Source: a virus (lineage: Duplodnaviria; Caudoviricetes). Taken from it: a stretch of 55,795 nucleotides of DNA. The DNA is taken from the IMG/VR virus record IMGVR_UViG_3300007640_000041, positions 1-55,795 of that record, one strand, 5' to 3'. Positions 36,901-46,005 of the stretch are shown in pieces. The position numbers and the translations under genes were made by a program. The notes beneath the pieces are model-generated. The model was not told the origin of the DNA. It saw only the letters and a program-made list of their open reading frames with translations, and did no database searches. The stretch's first letter is position 1, and every line of letters starts with the position of its first letter.

Positions 36901-39900
36901 CCTGTTGTGGCCAAGGCAAAGGACGCGTCTGAGCAGATGTGGGCAATGGTTCAGCACGGGTATGTTGTTGTAGGGAAAAATGAAGAAACTGGGGAAGTCG
37001 CCCTTGTGTACGACAAGAGCGGAGACCTTCTAAAGGCGTTCCCAGGAATAAAAGACAGCACGAAGGGGATTGACCATCAGCTTATTGTCGCCAAAAACGC
37101 GAGCGTAATACTCTCTAAGGCTACTGGAAATGCCCATAAACATATTAAAATAGACTCTCTTGCTGGAATGGTGGCAGAAGAGGTTGATATAAATGGTCTG
37201 AGCGAAGAAATGCAGCTTTTCTACAGACTTAACAAAAGCGCTATTGACACGAAAGCAGCTTTGATTGCCGCAAACAAAGCGGAGCGTAAGGAATCCGACT
37301 TGGCCAAGGCTGGGAATGCGGATGCTAAGGGAAAGGCGAAAGACAGAAAGGCTAATAAGATCGTTGAGCTTGCAAGAAGCAAGTTCGGCCTTAACGTAAT
37401 GGTCGGGAATGACGCTCAGCTCTTTAACGCGAGTAAAAGAACCGACTACATGTCTGGCGCAATAATAGGTGGATTTTACGTTAGAGGTACAAACAACATA
37501 TACATTAACGAAAACGCTAGCGCAAAAGACGTAATCGAAGAAATATTTCACGCAAAGATTGCAAACGAGATTTTTTCCGACAAGAGGAGAAGAGCCAGAT
37601 TTCAAAACGAGCTCTCCAGCATACTTATGCGAGATCCGTTTATGAGAGCGCTACTTGACGTAAAAAGAAGCGAATACGAGGGCTTATATAGAGGAAGAAA
37701 GGATGCGGAACAAATGATCGAAGAAGAGCTTCTTGCGGAGGCTATCTCTGTTTACGTGGCAAACAGCGACAAGGTTGATGCTGGCACGGTGTCAGGTATG
37801 ATAAACTACCTTAAGTCATTCCTTGGAGACACTGAGATTGATGTGACGAAAGACAACCTTGAAGTCATTATGTCGAAGCTTGAAACCACACTGTCTTCTG
37901 GAAGGTCTCTCAGGATAAAAAGGAACGAAGATCAAGAGCGCGAGGAGAACTCAGAAGGGACTGAAATGATGTCCGCATATAGCGGCAAGAACTCGTTCCT
38001 TCACAAGGTTCCTGTTTCAATTAAAGTGGTTCAGCACTCTGATTGGGGGGAGTCCAGAGTAAGAAACGAACAGACAAAGCAGTTTGAGGACTATAATCAT
38101 TTTAGAGCTTGGTACAATAAGATGAGCGGTAACGGCTCTCTTAGCGGGTCTATTGAGGTAAAAATGTCTTACACTGACGCGGACGGAAACGTTAAGACGC
38201 TGAACCCTCCAAAGCCATACCCAGGAAGAGAGGCTACAAGACCTGTAAATGCATGGGCTAGCAGATACCAAAGAGAACTTAACGAGCAGGAAAAGGTAAA
38301 CAAGATTATTGACGACAGAGTATCTGTCCTACAGGATCAGCTGGATATACTAATGTCATCTGGCATGGATCGTACAGCCGCACTCGACCTGCTTGGGTGG
38401 GATGGTAGAAACAGAAACTGGGGAGCAAGACCGACCCAAGCTATGGTAGATAAGGCTGTAGAGGCGACGTCTAACTATATGCTTGACATAGAAGGCGGTT
38501 CTCCCGAATCTGTCGTCATGTACTCGACATATAACGACATTGTCGATAGAATGAATGAGGTGCTTGCGAGTAACGACAAGGAGACGTTTGACATAGGGAA
38601 GTATAGATCAGACGATCCTAAATATCGAGAAAGCGTAAACAAGGCTCTCATGGATCTTACTGATGATCCAAAGACTGTGAAGGAATTCCAAGAGTCTATA
38701 TTGGGATCGTCTGCTCCTATCTCAAACGCAGAAATACAGAACTTCCTTACTGCGGTGTCGGATAAACTTCATGGAGGCAAGCGAAGAGATGGTATGAGTG
38801 CAATACACCAAGATAGAGTTGTAGACGTACTTGAAGTTCCATTCAGAAGACTAATGGAGACAGAGCGTGGCGCTGATTTTGTAAACTTCTTCTCGGACTT
38901 CAGAGAAGGTTTGCCTAATCATTTTCAGTTTTTGGCTGACGAACACGGGCTAGATAGAGATGATTTGCTAAGCGCAAAAGACCTGTATTTGGGCATAGTC
39001 GCTGTTCTGTCAAACGGAAACGAGGCCAACATAAACATTCAGCTTGCTGACTACGTGTTTGCCTCATACATGTCTGGTGATAAAGCTTCATTCGAGCTGG
39101 CGATGCACCAGATACTTAACGTTGGGTCCTATAAGGGCATATCTGGTAGGCCAGAAATTCAGAGAACAAAGGCGCATCAAGACGGAATAAGAAGTCTTGT
39201 CGATATGTTTGAATCTGACGTAGATCTAGTGTCGCACTTTACCTCTAAGGGCTCTAAAAATCGGAAAAAACCACGTGGAAGATCTGTAGAAAAACAGAAA
39301 GAGGTTGTGGCGATGGATATGTTTGGAAACAAGATAGGGGCGTTTATGGCAAACCTTCTCGGGGACGAAAGCGTGCTTGCTCAAGACTCTCACTTCGTGG
39401 CTGAAATGAATCGCGCGAGAGGCATAAAGAGCACTTACGATATAAATGCACTAAAGGATGCGTTTGCCTCGTGTTATAATCTGAAAGAAGAGGTCGAGAA
39501 GTTCTACGGAATAAAACTTAGAAAGTCTTACATGAGGGATGACATGGAGGCGCTTGGTAGAGAAGTATTTAAAAGGGGCACGAAATTCACTAGAGCTGGA
39601 AAGGACAGGTTTAAGGGGTTTAAAGGGTGGGAAAAAGAAGTCTTTAAGTGGTACACAAAAGACGTCAAGAACCGACTCAGGAGGACGCCAAAAAACATGG
39701 ACGAGCGCCACCTGAACTATACGATCGCAAAGAAGCTTGGAGACAGGCTGGGAATAAGTGTAGCTGCCGTACAACAACTTATGTTCTATGACAATCACTT
39801 GACTCAGCAGCTATTTGGCAGAGGTGTTGCTGCGGAGGATGTTACTTTTGCTGACGTTCTTGACATGCAGCTGCCTTCGTCCTTTGAGATGGCTATACCA

Positions 39901-42900
39901 AACGAGGCGGCACTAGAGGAGGTGAAGGCTAGGGATGCATATTTTAGGGACCAGGTTGTTGAAAAGGATTTGTCTGGTAGCGCACCAGTTGCAAGAGACT
40001 CTTTCTCCATGCAAGAACTTATTGACGCAGATGAGCTTGAAGTTGTTCAGATAAGCGACAGAGCAAAGGATCCTACGATAGGAGTAGAGGATGTCGTTAC
40101 GCTTAAGCGAGCACGAGGCGGTGGTCGTTTTGCGTCTATTGGGTCTGGAATAGAACGCGCCAATGCTGTGGTTTTGTCTGATGTCGCCTTTCCTCAATCA
40201 AAAGAGATGTCGGCAGTGGGCACTATTGATAGCTTTGCAAACGGAAAGGATGTAGGGTCGATCGACATTACAAATGGCATTGAGCTCGAATTTCACAACG
40301 GAGGCTGGTATTCAGGCGGAAATAGAGTTATCGGAGCAGAAAAGGCGGTTATGACTGGCGATACTGTTTTTGCAATGGGTGAGATTACTTACTCAGACCC
40401 TGAACTTTTTGCATACCAACAAGCAGAGTTTACCGAAGAAGAGGCTGAAAGATTTGCAGACGATCCATTTACTGCAGATTCAATTATAGACTTAATGGAG
40501 ACGGAGGGTCTGTCTTTTGATCAGGCCGAAGCACTATTCTATGACAGAGTAGACATGTCCATGTCTGACGACGAAGTCATGTTCTCGTCTCAAATCAGAG
40601 GTACAGCAGCAAGAGTTGTAGATTCTGCTAACTTCTCTGGAGACCTGAGAGAGATGGTTAAAAATAATCCAGAGAACTACTTTGATCGAGCGTCTTTCAC
40701 GGACATTAAAGACGCAATGGATCATATGACCACTCCGCAGCTTCTTTCTTACATGAGAGCAGATAAGCTTGGGGAGCTTAAGGGCGATGAAAACTACGGG
40801 CCTCTTGCTACCATAACTCTTATAAACAGATACGCTGCAGCTGGAGATAATGAGTCTGCTGCAGCCCTCGTAGCTGACCTTGCGGCTACTGGAACTAGCG
40901 TCGGTAGATTGCTTCGTCAATTTGCGGAACTTAAGACGTCTACTCCAGAGTCCATGGCCAGTACCATTTTGCACATGGCAGAAAGAGGTGGCAAGACTGT
41001 TAACGATAGGACTAAAAAACAAGTTGAGGAGCAGTCTAGAATTGTATTCGAACTACACAGAAGAGCAGAAGAACTGTACGCTAGAGGGCAAAAGGGAGAG
41101 GACGTTTGGGATGAATACAAGAAAGCTATCGATCTTCTCGCCAAGGAAGAAAAGCAGCTGGACATCATTGCAAACAAGATCATTGAAAGATCTTGGGGGG
41201 AGCTTATAAGAACGACTATTCAGGGTAACCTGTTGACTCCGATGTCGCAGGCAACGAACGTTATTGCGAACCTTTCGAACTTTATTCCAAAGACGATGGT
41301 AGACGTTACCGCTTTCCCGATGGAGAAACTGCTCGAAAAGACGTTCCCAGACTGGTACAGAAAGAGCAAGGGCATAGACAGAAAGATGACGTTCTCATCC
41401 TACCTGTACGGTATGATGCGATTTGGGGGCGGCACAATGGAGGCGCTTGGAGAAATAGCTAGGGGTCAAAGAAATAGCGACCTTACAGAGTGGAGAATCA
41501 GCAGAAGCTTGATGCCAATCCACTCCCTCATGGCATTTTGGGGCTCTGACCTTCCAGAGGCCAAGTCAAAAGTTGCTGATGTAAACCAGCGGGCAAAGCT
41601 TCTATTTCAGGGCACCTTCGGCATGCCAGCTGAATCTATGTTTAGATTACTTGGACTTGGTGATACCCCGTTCAGAAGATACGCAGAGGGCCTTGAGCTT
41701 TCCCAGATAGCAGACGCCAGAGGGCTGACTGGAAAAGAAAGAACTCAGTTCTTGAGATTCCCTCCGTCAGACGTGGTGGAGCAGGCTCGCAAGCGCGGGC
41801 TGGAGTTTACCTTCCAGAACGACACTAGCATGTCGCAAGTTGCCGAGTACACAATCGGAGCTTTGTCTAGGGGGTTTGGCAAACCGTTCAAGAACGTTAG
41901 GGGTTTCGACGGAGAAGACTTCTTCAATACGATCATCCGAATGAATGTCCCATACGTTAGGACTCCAGCAAACCTGCTTGAGGAGACTCTTACGTACGCG
42001 TCTCCAGCTATTGCCATGGCTAGATTCGGAAAGCACCTTCTGGACGGTGACGCTAGAGGAGCATCAGAAAACCTAGCGAAGGGCATGATCGGTCAGTCGG
42101 TGACTATGGCTAGCATGTACCTGATTGCAAATGGCCTAATATCTGGGCCTCCAGATGACGATAAGGCGGTTCGCAACCTGCAGTACGACACGTTCCCACC
42201 TAACTGCATAAACGTGTCTGGCTTGAAGCGCCTCTTGGCTGGAGAGGATCCTGCTTATCAGGCTGGTGACGAGTTCAGAAACTACCAGAAGCTTGGAATT
42301 CTAGGTAGCGTTATGGGTGCTGCTGCTGTGGCGACAACGAAGCAAGGGGCAGAAGAGGTTATCAAGAACCCATTCGGACCAACAGAGCTATTTAAGAGAA
42401 CGTTTGGCTTTGACAATGTTGCCACACTTAGCTACATGATGGACCAGAGCTTCTTGCAGGGTCTTAACAGCACGCTTGATGTTCTGTCAATTTCTAATCC
42501 AGATGAGGCAGAAAAAGCTTGGAGCCAGTGGCTTGAGGGCATGTTTAAGTCTATCTCTGCTGTGCCGCTTCCAAACACCCTTAGCGCGCTCAACAGAACT
42601 CAAAGAACCTACATGCCAGATATGAGAAGCGCTTCTATGGCAGAAAGGCTCGGCAACACGGTGAGAGACAGAACGTTCTCTACAGGTTCGCTTCCTATAA
42701 GATACAACTGGAAGGGGGAACCGATTAAGCAAACTCCAGATGGCTCTGGGCCAGCAGCCTACCAGCTTTTTGATGTCACAAAAGCGAGAGAAGGATCTGC
42801 AGATCCAGTTTCAATGGAGGCGCTTAGAATCTATCAGGAGACTGGAGAGGCTATTGAAGTACTCAACACTCCGTACTTTGCTTCTAGCGTGTTTAGACAT

Positions 42901-43257
42901 ATCGGAACACCTTCATTTAGCAGGGGAAAGGCCAAGAAAGCATACGAGTCTGGTAAGAAGTACCAGTTTGTCGAGGATGGGGTTGACTTCAAAATGAAGC
43001 TCAATGCAGAGCAGGTGAATGAAGCCCTTAGACTGGCTGGATCTCTCAGATATCAGGAGTGCCTTGCGCTTGTTGAGTCAGATAAATACAAGCAAATGAC
43101 TGATGAAGAAAGAATGACCGAGTTCGAATCGATTAATTCTAAGTATAACGGACTTGTGGAGTTTGACCCTCAGGGCAATTTCCTCCCACACACGCAATAC
43201 TTGATGGATTTGTTCGAAAAAGAATACATAGAAAGAAAACAGAATGGAGAGCTCTAA
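33946..43257 (+). CDS. Giant multidomain virion (cargo/ejection, polyvalent-type) protein, 3103 aa
   Basis: End of tail module; hydrophobic segments, coiled coils, zincin-like and HhH-like motifs, C-terminal FQND/PYVRTPANL region like podoviral internal virion proteins. Confidence 0.7.
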   Translation: MNDQYIQLIEDYLAKGVAHPDIIENLGNDVSDDAAKFAADYLKKKDQPEQGGGSESTLDPSLSESAGADQMLDPFGRPITVGLKGVDIVAEKELSQEMVGKYGLEAAANDYTTRADRFNGLESLEQQLAFFKDEKNVRYFPEVYKEVEKQGRTLALNKDLDDAETLADVEQAFEDAGFSSEEYADWLEKTKAENPFVIKSLQAEEEYRARFGAPAKGEYDLSEIYNQLSEKRNKLIAEKEKVVQLWQQKFKEGYFGTDLRFLTAQIETLKESASEALGQMDYALEEMKRERDEDGKKLKDSLPEDSYSIYETYNNAYSVAISKEVEQLIKNAKGDQYDPAETQYVLSQMMRGDMTLNQAIQEYYPDLVYGESGVEFTAQQIRNRVQEEASNAAREQFSSIGKPEDATRIERDLKGILSVDFNDDGYVAPMDIFDSYLAKIPLNSRGFTVGGLLRNFSPGTVNAVRAVYEPIEKAVTATAMMVGDAGGGAWQFVEQLGNNLLIDMDGADEFTDYMAEWKREFEEKGTYFVPKPGGRLGFESTVNQAAYSLPFSIIQFALKRNPYVASAMLMTGLSHDLHARNKDNDWYKAMSETERLVWLAGHTGSEFGFEYLGNRLLFKSGSNLVGPSTGRSFLGESLYKGGQFAKGTAGEIGTELLTLFSGNALDNMMLTDYGVAAKPIFDATEIMNTIQVAGVTSGVIQGPVAGMAYAQNLRDVKDLRLGIDEEISKLRDPNLTEEQSLDIIKGIMAKQSKLAAKFTDMTEYGQWMKENFSDQYDAMMAHSGQIEAILKELKDPNTTQARVSVLKSKLATAMNNEYQASFVGLNKYLGEQAKTMPEDRLKARIQSKSGELDELKAEKAELEQRKRDGEDVSNAIALVDDKITHVSGALTQMQEAKSALEAAQEEGATKEEVAAGFKAANYVTKSEAQEQMLRLAKFAGKEISSETLQATESLNVTEDSVYMLDKDGNVIDMFVHADKKSELGVPVVAKAKDASEQMWAMVQHGYVVVGKNEETGEVALVYDKSGDLLKAFPGIKDSTKGIDHQLIVAKNASVILSKATGNAHKHIKIDSLAGMVAEEVDINGLSEEMQLFYRLNKSAIDTKAALIAANKAERKESDLAKAGNADAKGKAKDRKANKIVELARSKFGLNVMVGNDAQLFNASKRTDYMSGAIIGGFYVRGTNNIYINENASAKDVIEEIFHAKIANEIFSDKRRRARFQNELSSILMRDPFMRALLDVKRSEYEGLYRGRKDAEQMIEEELLAEAISVYVANSDKVDAGTVSGMINYLKSFLGDTEIDVTKDNLEVIMSKLETTLSSGRSLRIKRNEDQEREENSEGTEMMSAYSGKNSFLHKVPVSIKVVQHSDWGESRVRNEQTKQFEDYNHFRAWYNKMSGNGSLSGSIEVKMSYTDADGNVKTLNPPKPYPGREATRPVNAWASRYQRELNEQEKVNKIIDDRVSVLQDQLDILMSSGMDRTAALDLLGWDGRNRNWGARPTQAMVDKAVEATSNYMLDIEGGSPESVVMYSTYNDIVDRMNEVLASNDKETFDIGKYRSDDPKYRESVNKALMDLTDDPKTVKEFQESILGSSAPISNAEIQNFLTAVSDKLHGGKRRDGMSAIHQDRVVDVLEVPFRRLMETERGADFVNFFSDFREGLPNHFQFLADEHGLDRDDLLSAKDLYLGIVAVLSNGNEANINIQLADYVFASYMSGDKASFELAMHQILNVGSYKGISGRPEIQRTKAHQDGIRSLVDMFESDVDLVSHFTSKGSKNRKKPRGRSVEKQKEVVAMDMFGNKIGAFMANLLGDESVLAQDSHFVAEMNRARGIKSTYDINALKDAFASCYNLKEEVEKFYGIKLRKSYMRDDMEALGREVFKRGTKFTRAGKDRFKGFKGWEKEVFKWYTKDVKNRLRRTPKNMDERHLNYTIAKKLGDRLGISVAAVQQLMFYDNHLTQQLFGRGVAAEDVTFADVLDMQLPSSFEMAIPNEAALEEVKARDAYFRDQVVEKDLSGSAPVARDSFSMQELIDADELEVVQISDRAKDPTIGVEDVVTLKRARGGGRFASIGSGIERANAVVLSDVAFPQSKEMSAVGTIDSFANGKDVGSIDITNGIELEFHNGGWYSGGNRVIGAEKAVMTGDTVFAMGEITYSDPELFAYQQAEFTEEEAERFADDPFTADSIIDLMETEGLSFDQAEALFYDRVDMSMSDDEVMFSSQIRGTAARVVDSANFSGDLREMVKNNPENYFDRASFTDIKDAMDHMTTPQLLSYMRADKLGELKGDENYGPLATITLINRYAAAGDNESAAALVADLAATGTSVGRLLRQFAELKTSTPESMASTILHMAERGGKTVNDRTKKQVEEQSRIVFELHRRAEELYARGQKGEDVWDEYKKAIDLLAKEEKQLDIIANKIIERSWGELIRTTIQGNLLTPMSQATNVIANLSNFIPKTMVDVTAFPMEKLLEKTFPDWYRKSKGIDRKMTFSSYLYGMMRFGGGTMEALGEIARGQRNSDLTEWRISRSLMPIHSLMAFWGSDLPEAKSKVADVNQRAKLLFQGTFGMPAESMFRLLGLGDTPFRRYAEGLELSQIADARGLTGKERTQFLRFPPSDVVEQARKRGLEFTFQNDTSMSQVAEYTIGALSRGFGKPFKNVRGFDGEDFFNTIIRMNVPYVRTPANLLEETLTYASPAIAMARFGKHLLDGDARGASENLAKGMIGQSVTMASMYLIANGLISGPPDDDKAVRNLQYDTFPPNCINVSGLKRLLAGEDPAYQAGDEFRNYQKLGILGSVMGAAAVATTKQGAEEVIKNPFGPTELFKRTFGFDNVATLSYMMDQSFLQGLNSTLDVLSISNPDEAEKAWSQWLEGMFKSISAVPLPNTLSALNRTQRTYMPDMRSASMAERLGNTVRDRTFSTGSLPIRYNWKGEPIKQTPDGSGPAAYQLFDVTKAREGSADPVSMEALRIYQETGEAIEVLNTPYFASSVFRHIGTPSFSRGKAKKAYESGKKYQFVEDGVDFKMKLNAEQVNEALRLAGSLRYQECLALVESDKYKQMTDEERMTEFESINSKYNGLVEFDPQGNFLPHTQYLMDLFEKEYIERKQNGEL

Positions 43258-43681
43258 AAAGATAAAAGACACCGCCCTTGGCGGATGGCTGAAGCAGAAA
43301 GCGCCAGGCATCCTCGACACTGTCGGCGACCTGCTGCCAGATCAGGGCGCGCTCGGTATTGTCAAGAACCTACTTGACAAAGAGCCAGGCATAGATCCCA
43401 TCGAAGCCAAGGCTAAGATCGACGCAGAGATTGCATTCCAGAACAACGTAACTGAGCGCTGGAAGGCAGACATGGGTAGCGACATCAAGCTCGCTAAATA
43501 TATACGACCTGTAACTTTGATATCACTTGTAGTAATTTTTATTGCAACCATGATTGCGGATTCTATTGAAAATCTGGCATTTAACGTTAAAGATAGTTAT
43601 GTATCTTTGCTTGAAATACTAATGTTGACATCATTCGGAGCATACTTTGCTGGAAGAACCATAGAAAAAACAAGACGATGA
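43244..43681 (+). CDS. Holin (3TM-type)
   Basis: RW.ADM.SD..L.K.IRP followed by hydrophobic helices and GAYFAGRT.EK. Confidence 0.75.
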   Translation: MESSKKIKDTALGGWLKQKAPGILDTVGDLLPDQGALGIVKNLLDKEPGIDPIEAKAKIDAEIAFQNNVTERWKADMGSDIKLAKYIRPVTLISLVVIFIATMIADSIENLAFNVKDSYVSLLEILMLTSFGAYFAGRTIEKTRR

Positions 43682-43890
43682 TCGAAGAATACCTCTCTCA
43701 TTTTGAATTCTTAGTGGTTGCGGGCACTCTCGTAGGCGGGTGGATAAAGTTCCAGGCAGATTACAACAAGCTCAGTTCGCGCGTATATACGCTTGAGGCT
43801 GATAATAGGGAGTTTAAGGATGATGTTAAGCAACTCCTAAAAGACATACAGGAGATAAAGCTACTGCTTGCTAAAAACAAAGTAGAGTAA
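43678..43890 (+). CDS. Small membrane-anchored coiled-coil protein (lysis accessory?)
   Basis: 70 aa, N-terminal hydrophobic helix plus coil. Confidence 0.65.
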   Translation: MIEEYLSHFEFLVVAGTLVGGWIKFQADYNKLSSRVYTLEADNREFKDDVKQLLKDIQEIKLLLAKNKVE

Positions 43891-43914
43891 AAAAGGGGCC
43901 GAAGCCCCTTTCTT
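43889..43914. terminator. Bidirectional terminator between convergent late and early blocks
   Basis: AAAAAAGGGGC-CGAA-GCCCCTTTCTT. Confidence 0.85.
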
Positions 43915-45868
43915 ATTGTACTACTTTTATTATATGTTTGATTCCTTCTACCTCTATTTCTGCGAGGTAAATACCGAATGGGTTAGGTCCAGGCCTCACT
44001 TCTTTTCCGTCTGAGCTATAATATTTCGGATTTAGCCCAAGCTCTTCGAGCTGTCTCACGGTAGGAGGAGGGAGCTCGCCTCCGCTACAGTCGGTTCCGT
44101 ACACAGAGATAAACGTCAGGAAGTCGTCGAGGTCTACGTCGTTGTCTGAGTCTGTGTCGCACACGCAAACTGCACCATCCTTACCGAGCTCCATACAGAT
44201 CTGCAAGAAGTCCTGCAGGTCTACGGCACCGTCTCCGTTAAAGTCTCCGACACAGTCAAGTGGTACAATTTCGGAATCGTAATCCGCTTCTGTACACAAC
44301 ACGTATTCGTGTTCAGACAATCCGCCGTGGACGTTCCCGAGGTTCCATGTAGTGGTGGTGCTACCAGTAGCAGGGTTCTCCGAATCACCATACACCTCGT
44401 ACAAAGTTTCGGTAGCTCCGCCCTCTCCATACTCCATCCAGATATGAACGCCCGTCACGATGTCTGCGTACGTCGTATCAAACACCCACTGCCCCCAGTC
44501 GTATGCGTCGTGTCTAAAGAAGCCAGCGTAACAGCCTTCTGAGAGACAGATCTCGTCGTGAGTAAACAGAGGTTCGTTGGTGAGTCCGTTATCCCATGAG
44601 TCGTACGTCGTGAGGCTACCCCAGTGACCGCCTTTGGCATACACACCGCTTGGGTAGATGGGATCTCCGCAGCACAATCCCTCTTTGTAGAACTTCCATT
44701 GCTCAGACTCTGGCCAGATGTCGTGCTGGATGTCGATGTTCATTACCGCAAGGTTCTTGGGGGCGTGCTCGAAGAACGTCATATCGTTGAGGCTGTTCTC
44801 GTCCTCGCTCCAGTAGATCTCAACAACGCCGTCGTACTCCTGGTTGAACTCTCCGTAGATAGGATCACCAACCACAGTGATGATAGTATCAGATGGTACG
44901 TCTACGGTCGTGGTCCAGATTCCATTCATCATCGTAACCGTGACGTCCACACCGAAGGCGTCGTTAGCGGTCCAGTTGGCGAGTCTCACTTCTGGGTAGA
45001 AGTCTCTGTCGCAATCGAATGCGTTGTCGATAGACAAGATGGCTACGTCCTTGGAATTAGGGTCGATGCAACTGCCTGATTGCCAGACCATTGCCCTTCC
45101 TCCGTTCACCAAGGCTGAGTGCATACGCTCGATCTGACCCTGCGTAAAGTGGTCACGGCACTGACCCGTGTAATCCATGTAGTTCGTGACATCTGCGTCT
45201 TCACAAAATGGTTCTGCTGTACAAGACTCATTGGTGTATGTTGCTGGGGTGTCGCACACCAAGTCGCCTTCCGTGGCGCAGTCATCTTCGGAACAGCCTC
45301 CACCCTCAAACGTATGGTACAGGCCGCAGTAGTGACCGAGCTCGTGCGTCATCATCTTGCTTGCCGCATGCATGCCCTCGATGTACACGCCGTCGTATGG
45401 GGTGATGGCGTCGTTGTTGATCCAACTAAACCCTGCCGTAGGTCCTGGGATAGAGGGGAGGATAAAGATGTTACATGCGTCTCCACGCGTGTTCTGTGAG
45501 GCGTAGCTACCGTAGTCGTACGTCTCATTCGTTCCGAACCAGTACTCGTATGTGAGAGTATCTGGATTGATCATCCACTCTTGGTAGAAGAACTCAGAGT
45601 GCTTGCACGGCACGATATCCGTACCTTCGAATCCGTCTACGATCTGATCCCAGATCTCATCAACATCGTCGGGCGAAACAGCCTCGTTGATGTTGTGCAA
45701 TGCAATAGGCAGGAACTTAGTAAAAACATCTTGATTACGATTTGCCTGCCGCAAACCCATGATGCGCTCGAAGTCGTGATCGACGATAGAGCATTCGTTT
45801 CCACAGACATGCTGAGCACTGACTGTCAACGAAATAAACGAAAGGAGTAGTATGGATAAGTGTCTCAT
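43913..45868 (-). CDS. Secreted M43 (pappalysin/ulilysin-like) zinc metalloprotease with Ca-binding repeats and T9SS-like CTD
   Basis: Signal peptide MRHLSILLLSFISLTVSA; HELGHYCGLYHTF; GDLVCDTP; Met-turn NYMDY; DFNGDGAVDLQD and DTDSDNDVDLDD; C-terminal YxxxGKEV..GIYL..KVVQ. Confidence 0.88.
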   Translation of the reverse strand: MRHLSILLLSFISLTVSAQHVCGNECSIVDHDFERIMGLRQANRNQDVFTKFLPIALHNINEAVSPDDVDEIWDQIVDGFEGTDIVPCKHSEFFYQEWMINPDTLTYEYWFGTNETYDYGSYASQNTRGDACNIFILPSIPGPTAGFSWINNDAITPYDGVYIEGMHAASKMMTHELGHYCGLYHTFEGGGCSEDDCATEGDLVCDTPATYTNESCTAEPFCEDADVTNYMDYTGQCRDHFTQGQIERMHSALVNGGRAMVWQSGSCIDPNSKDVAILSIDNAFDCDRDFYPEVRLANWTANDAFGVDVTVTMMNGIWTTTVDVPSDTIITVVGDPIYGEFNQEYDGVVEIYWSEDENSLNDMTFFEHAPKNLAVMNIDIQHDIWPESEQWKFYKEGLCCGDPIYPSGVYAKGGHWGSLTTYDSWDNGLTNEPLFTHDEICLSEGCYAGFFRHDAYDWGQWVFDTTYADIVTGVHIWMEYGEGGATETLYEVYGDSENPATGSTTTTWNLGNVHGGLSEHEYVLCTEADYDSEIVPLDCVGDFNGDGAVDLQDFLQICMELGKDGAVCVCDTDSDNDVDLDDFLTFISVYGTDCSGGELPPPTVRQLEELGLNPKYYSSDGKEVRPGPNPFGIYLAEIEVEGIKHIIKVVQ

Positions 45869-45872
45869 ACCG

Positions 45873-45880
45873 CAAAGGTA
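45873..45880 (-). promoter_or_regulatory. Promoter core TACCTTTG
   Basis: TAnnTTTG, 4 nt before protease ATG. Confidence 0.7.
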
Positions 45881-45885
45881 TGTAT

Positions 45886-45921
45886 AAAAAAAAGAGGGGA
45901 GATTATGTCTAACCTCCCCTC
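45886..45921 (-). terminator. Intrinsic terminator
   Basis: GAGGGGAG...CTCCCCTC followed by T8 on - strand. Confidence 0.8.
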
Positions 45922-46005
45922 CAGTAGCGAAGTTCCACAGCAATTATCCCTGTGTAACGGTGCCAAGATAATAAATCTGAGACACCCAACATTGATCCAT
46001 CCTCT

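Noticed and set aside
43602-43609. TATCTTTG inside the holin gene
   Set aside because: Fits the promoter core but is intragenic and may be chance; not called
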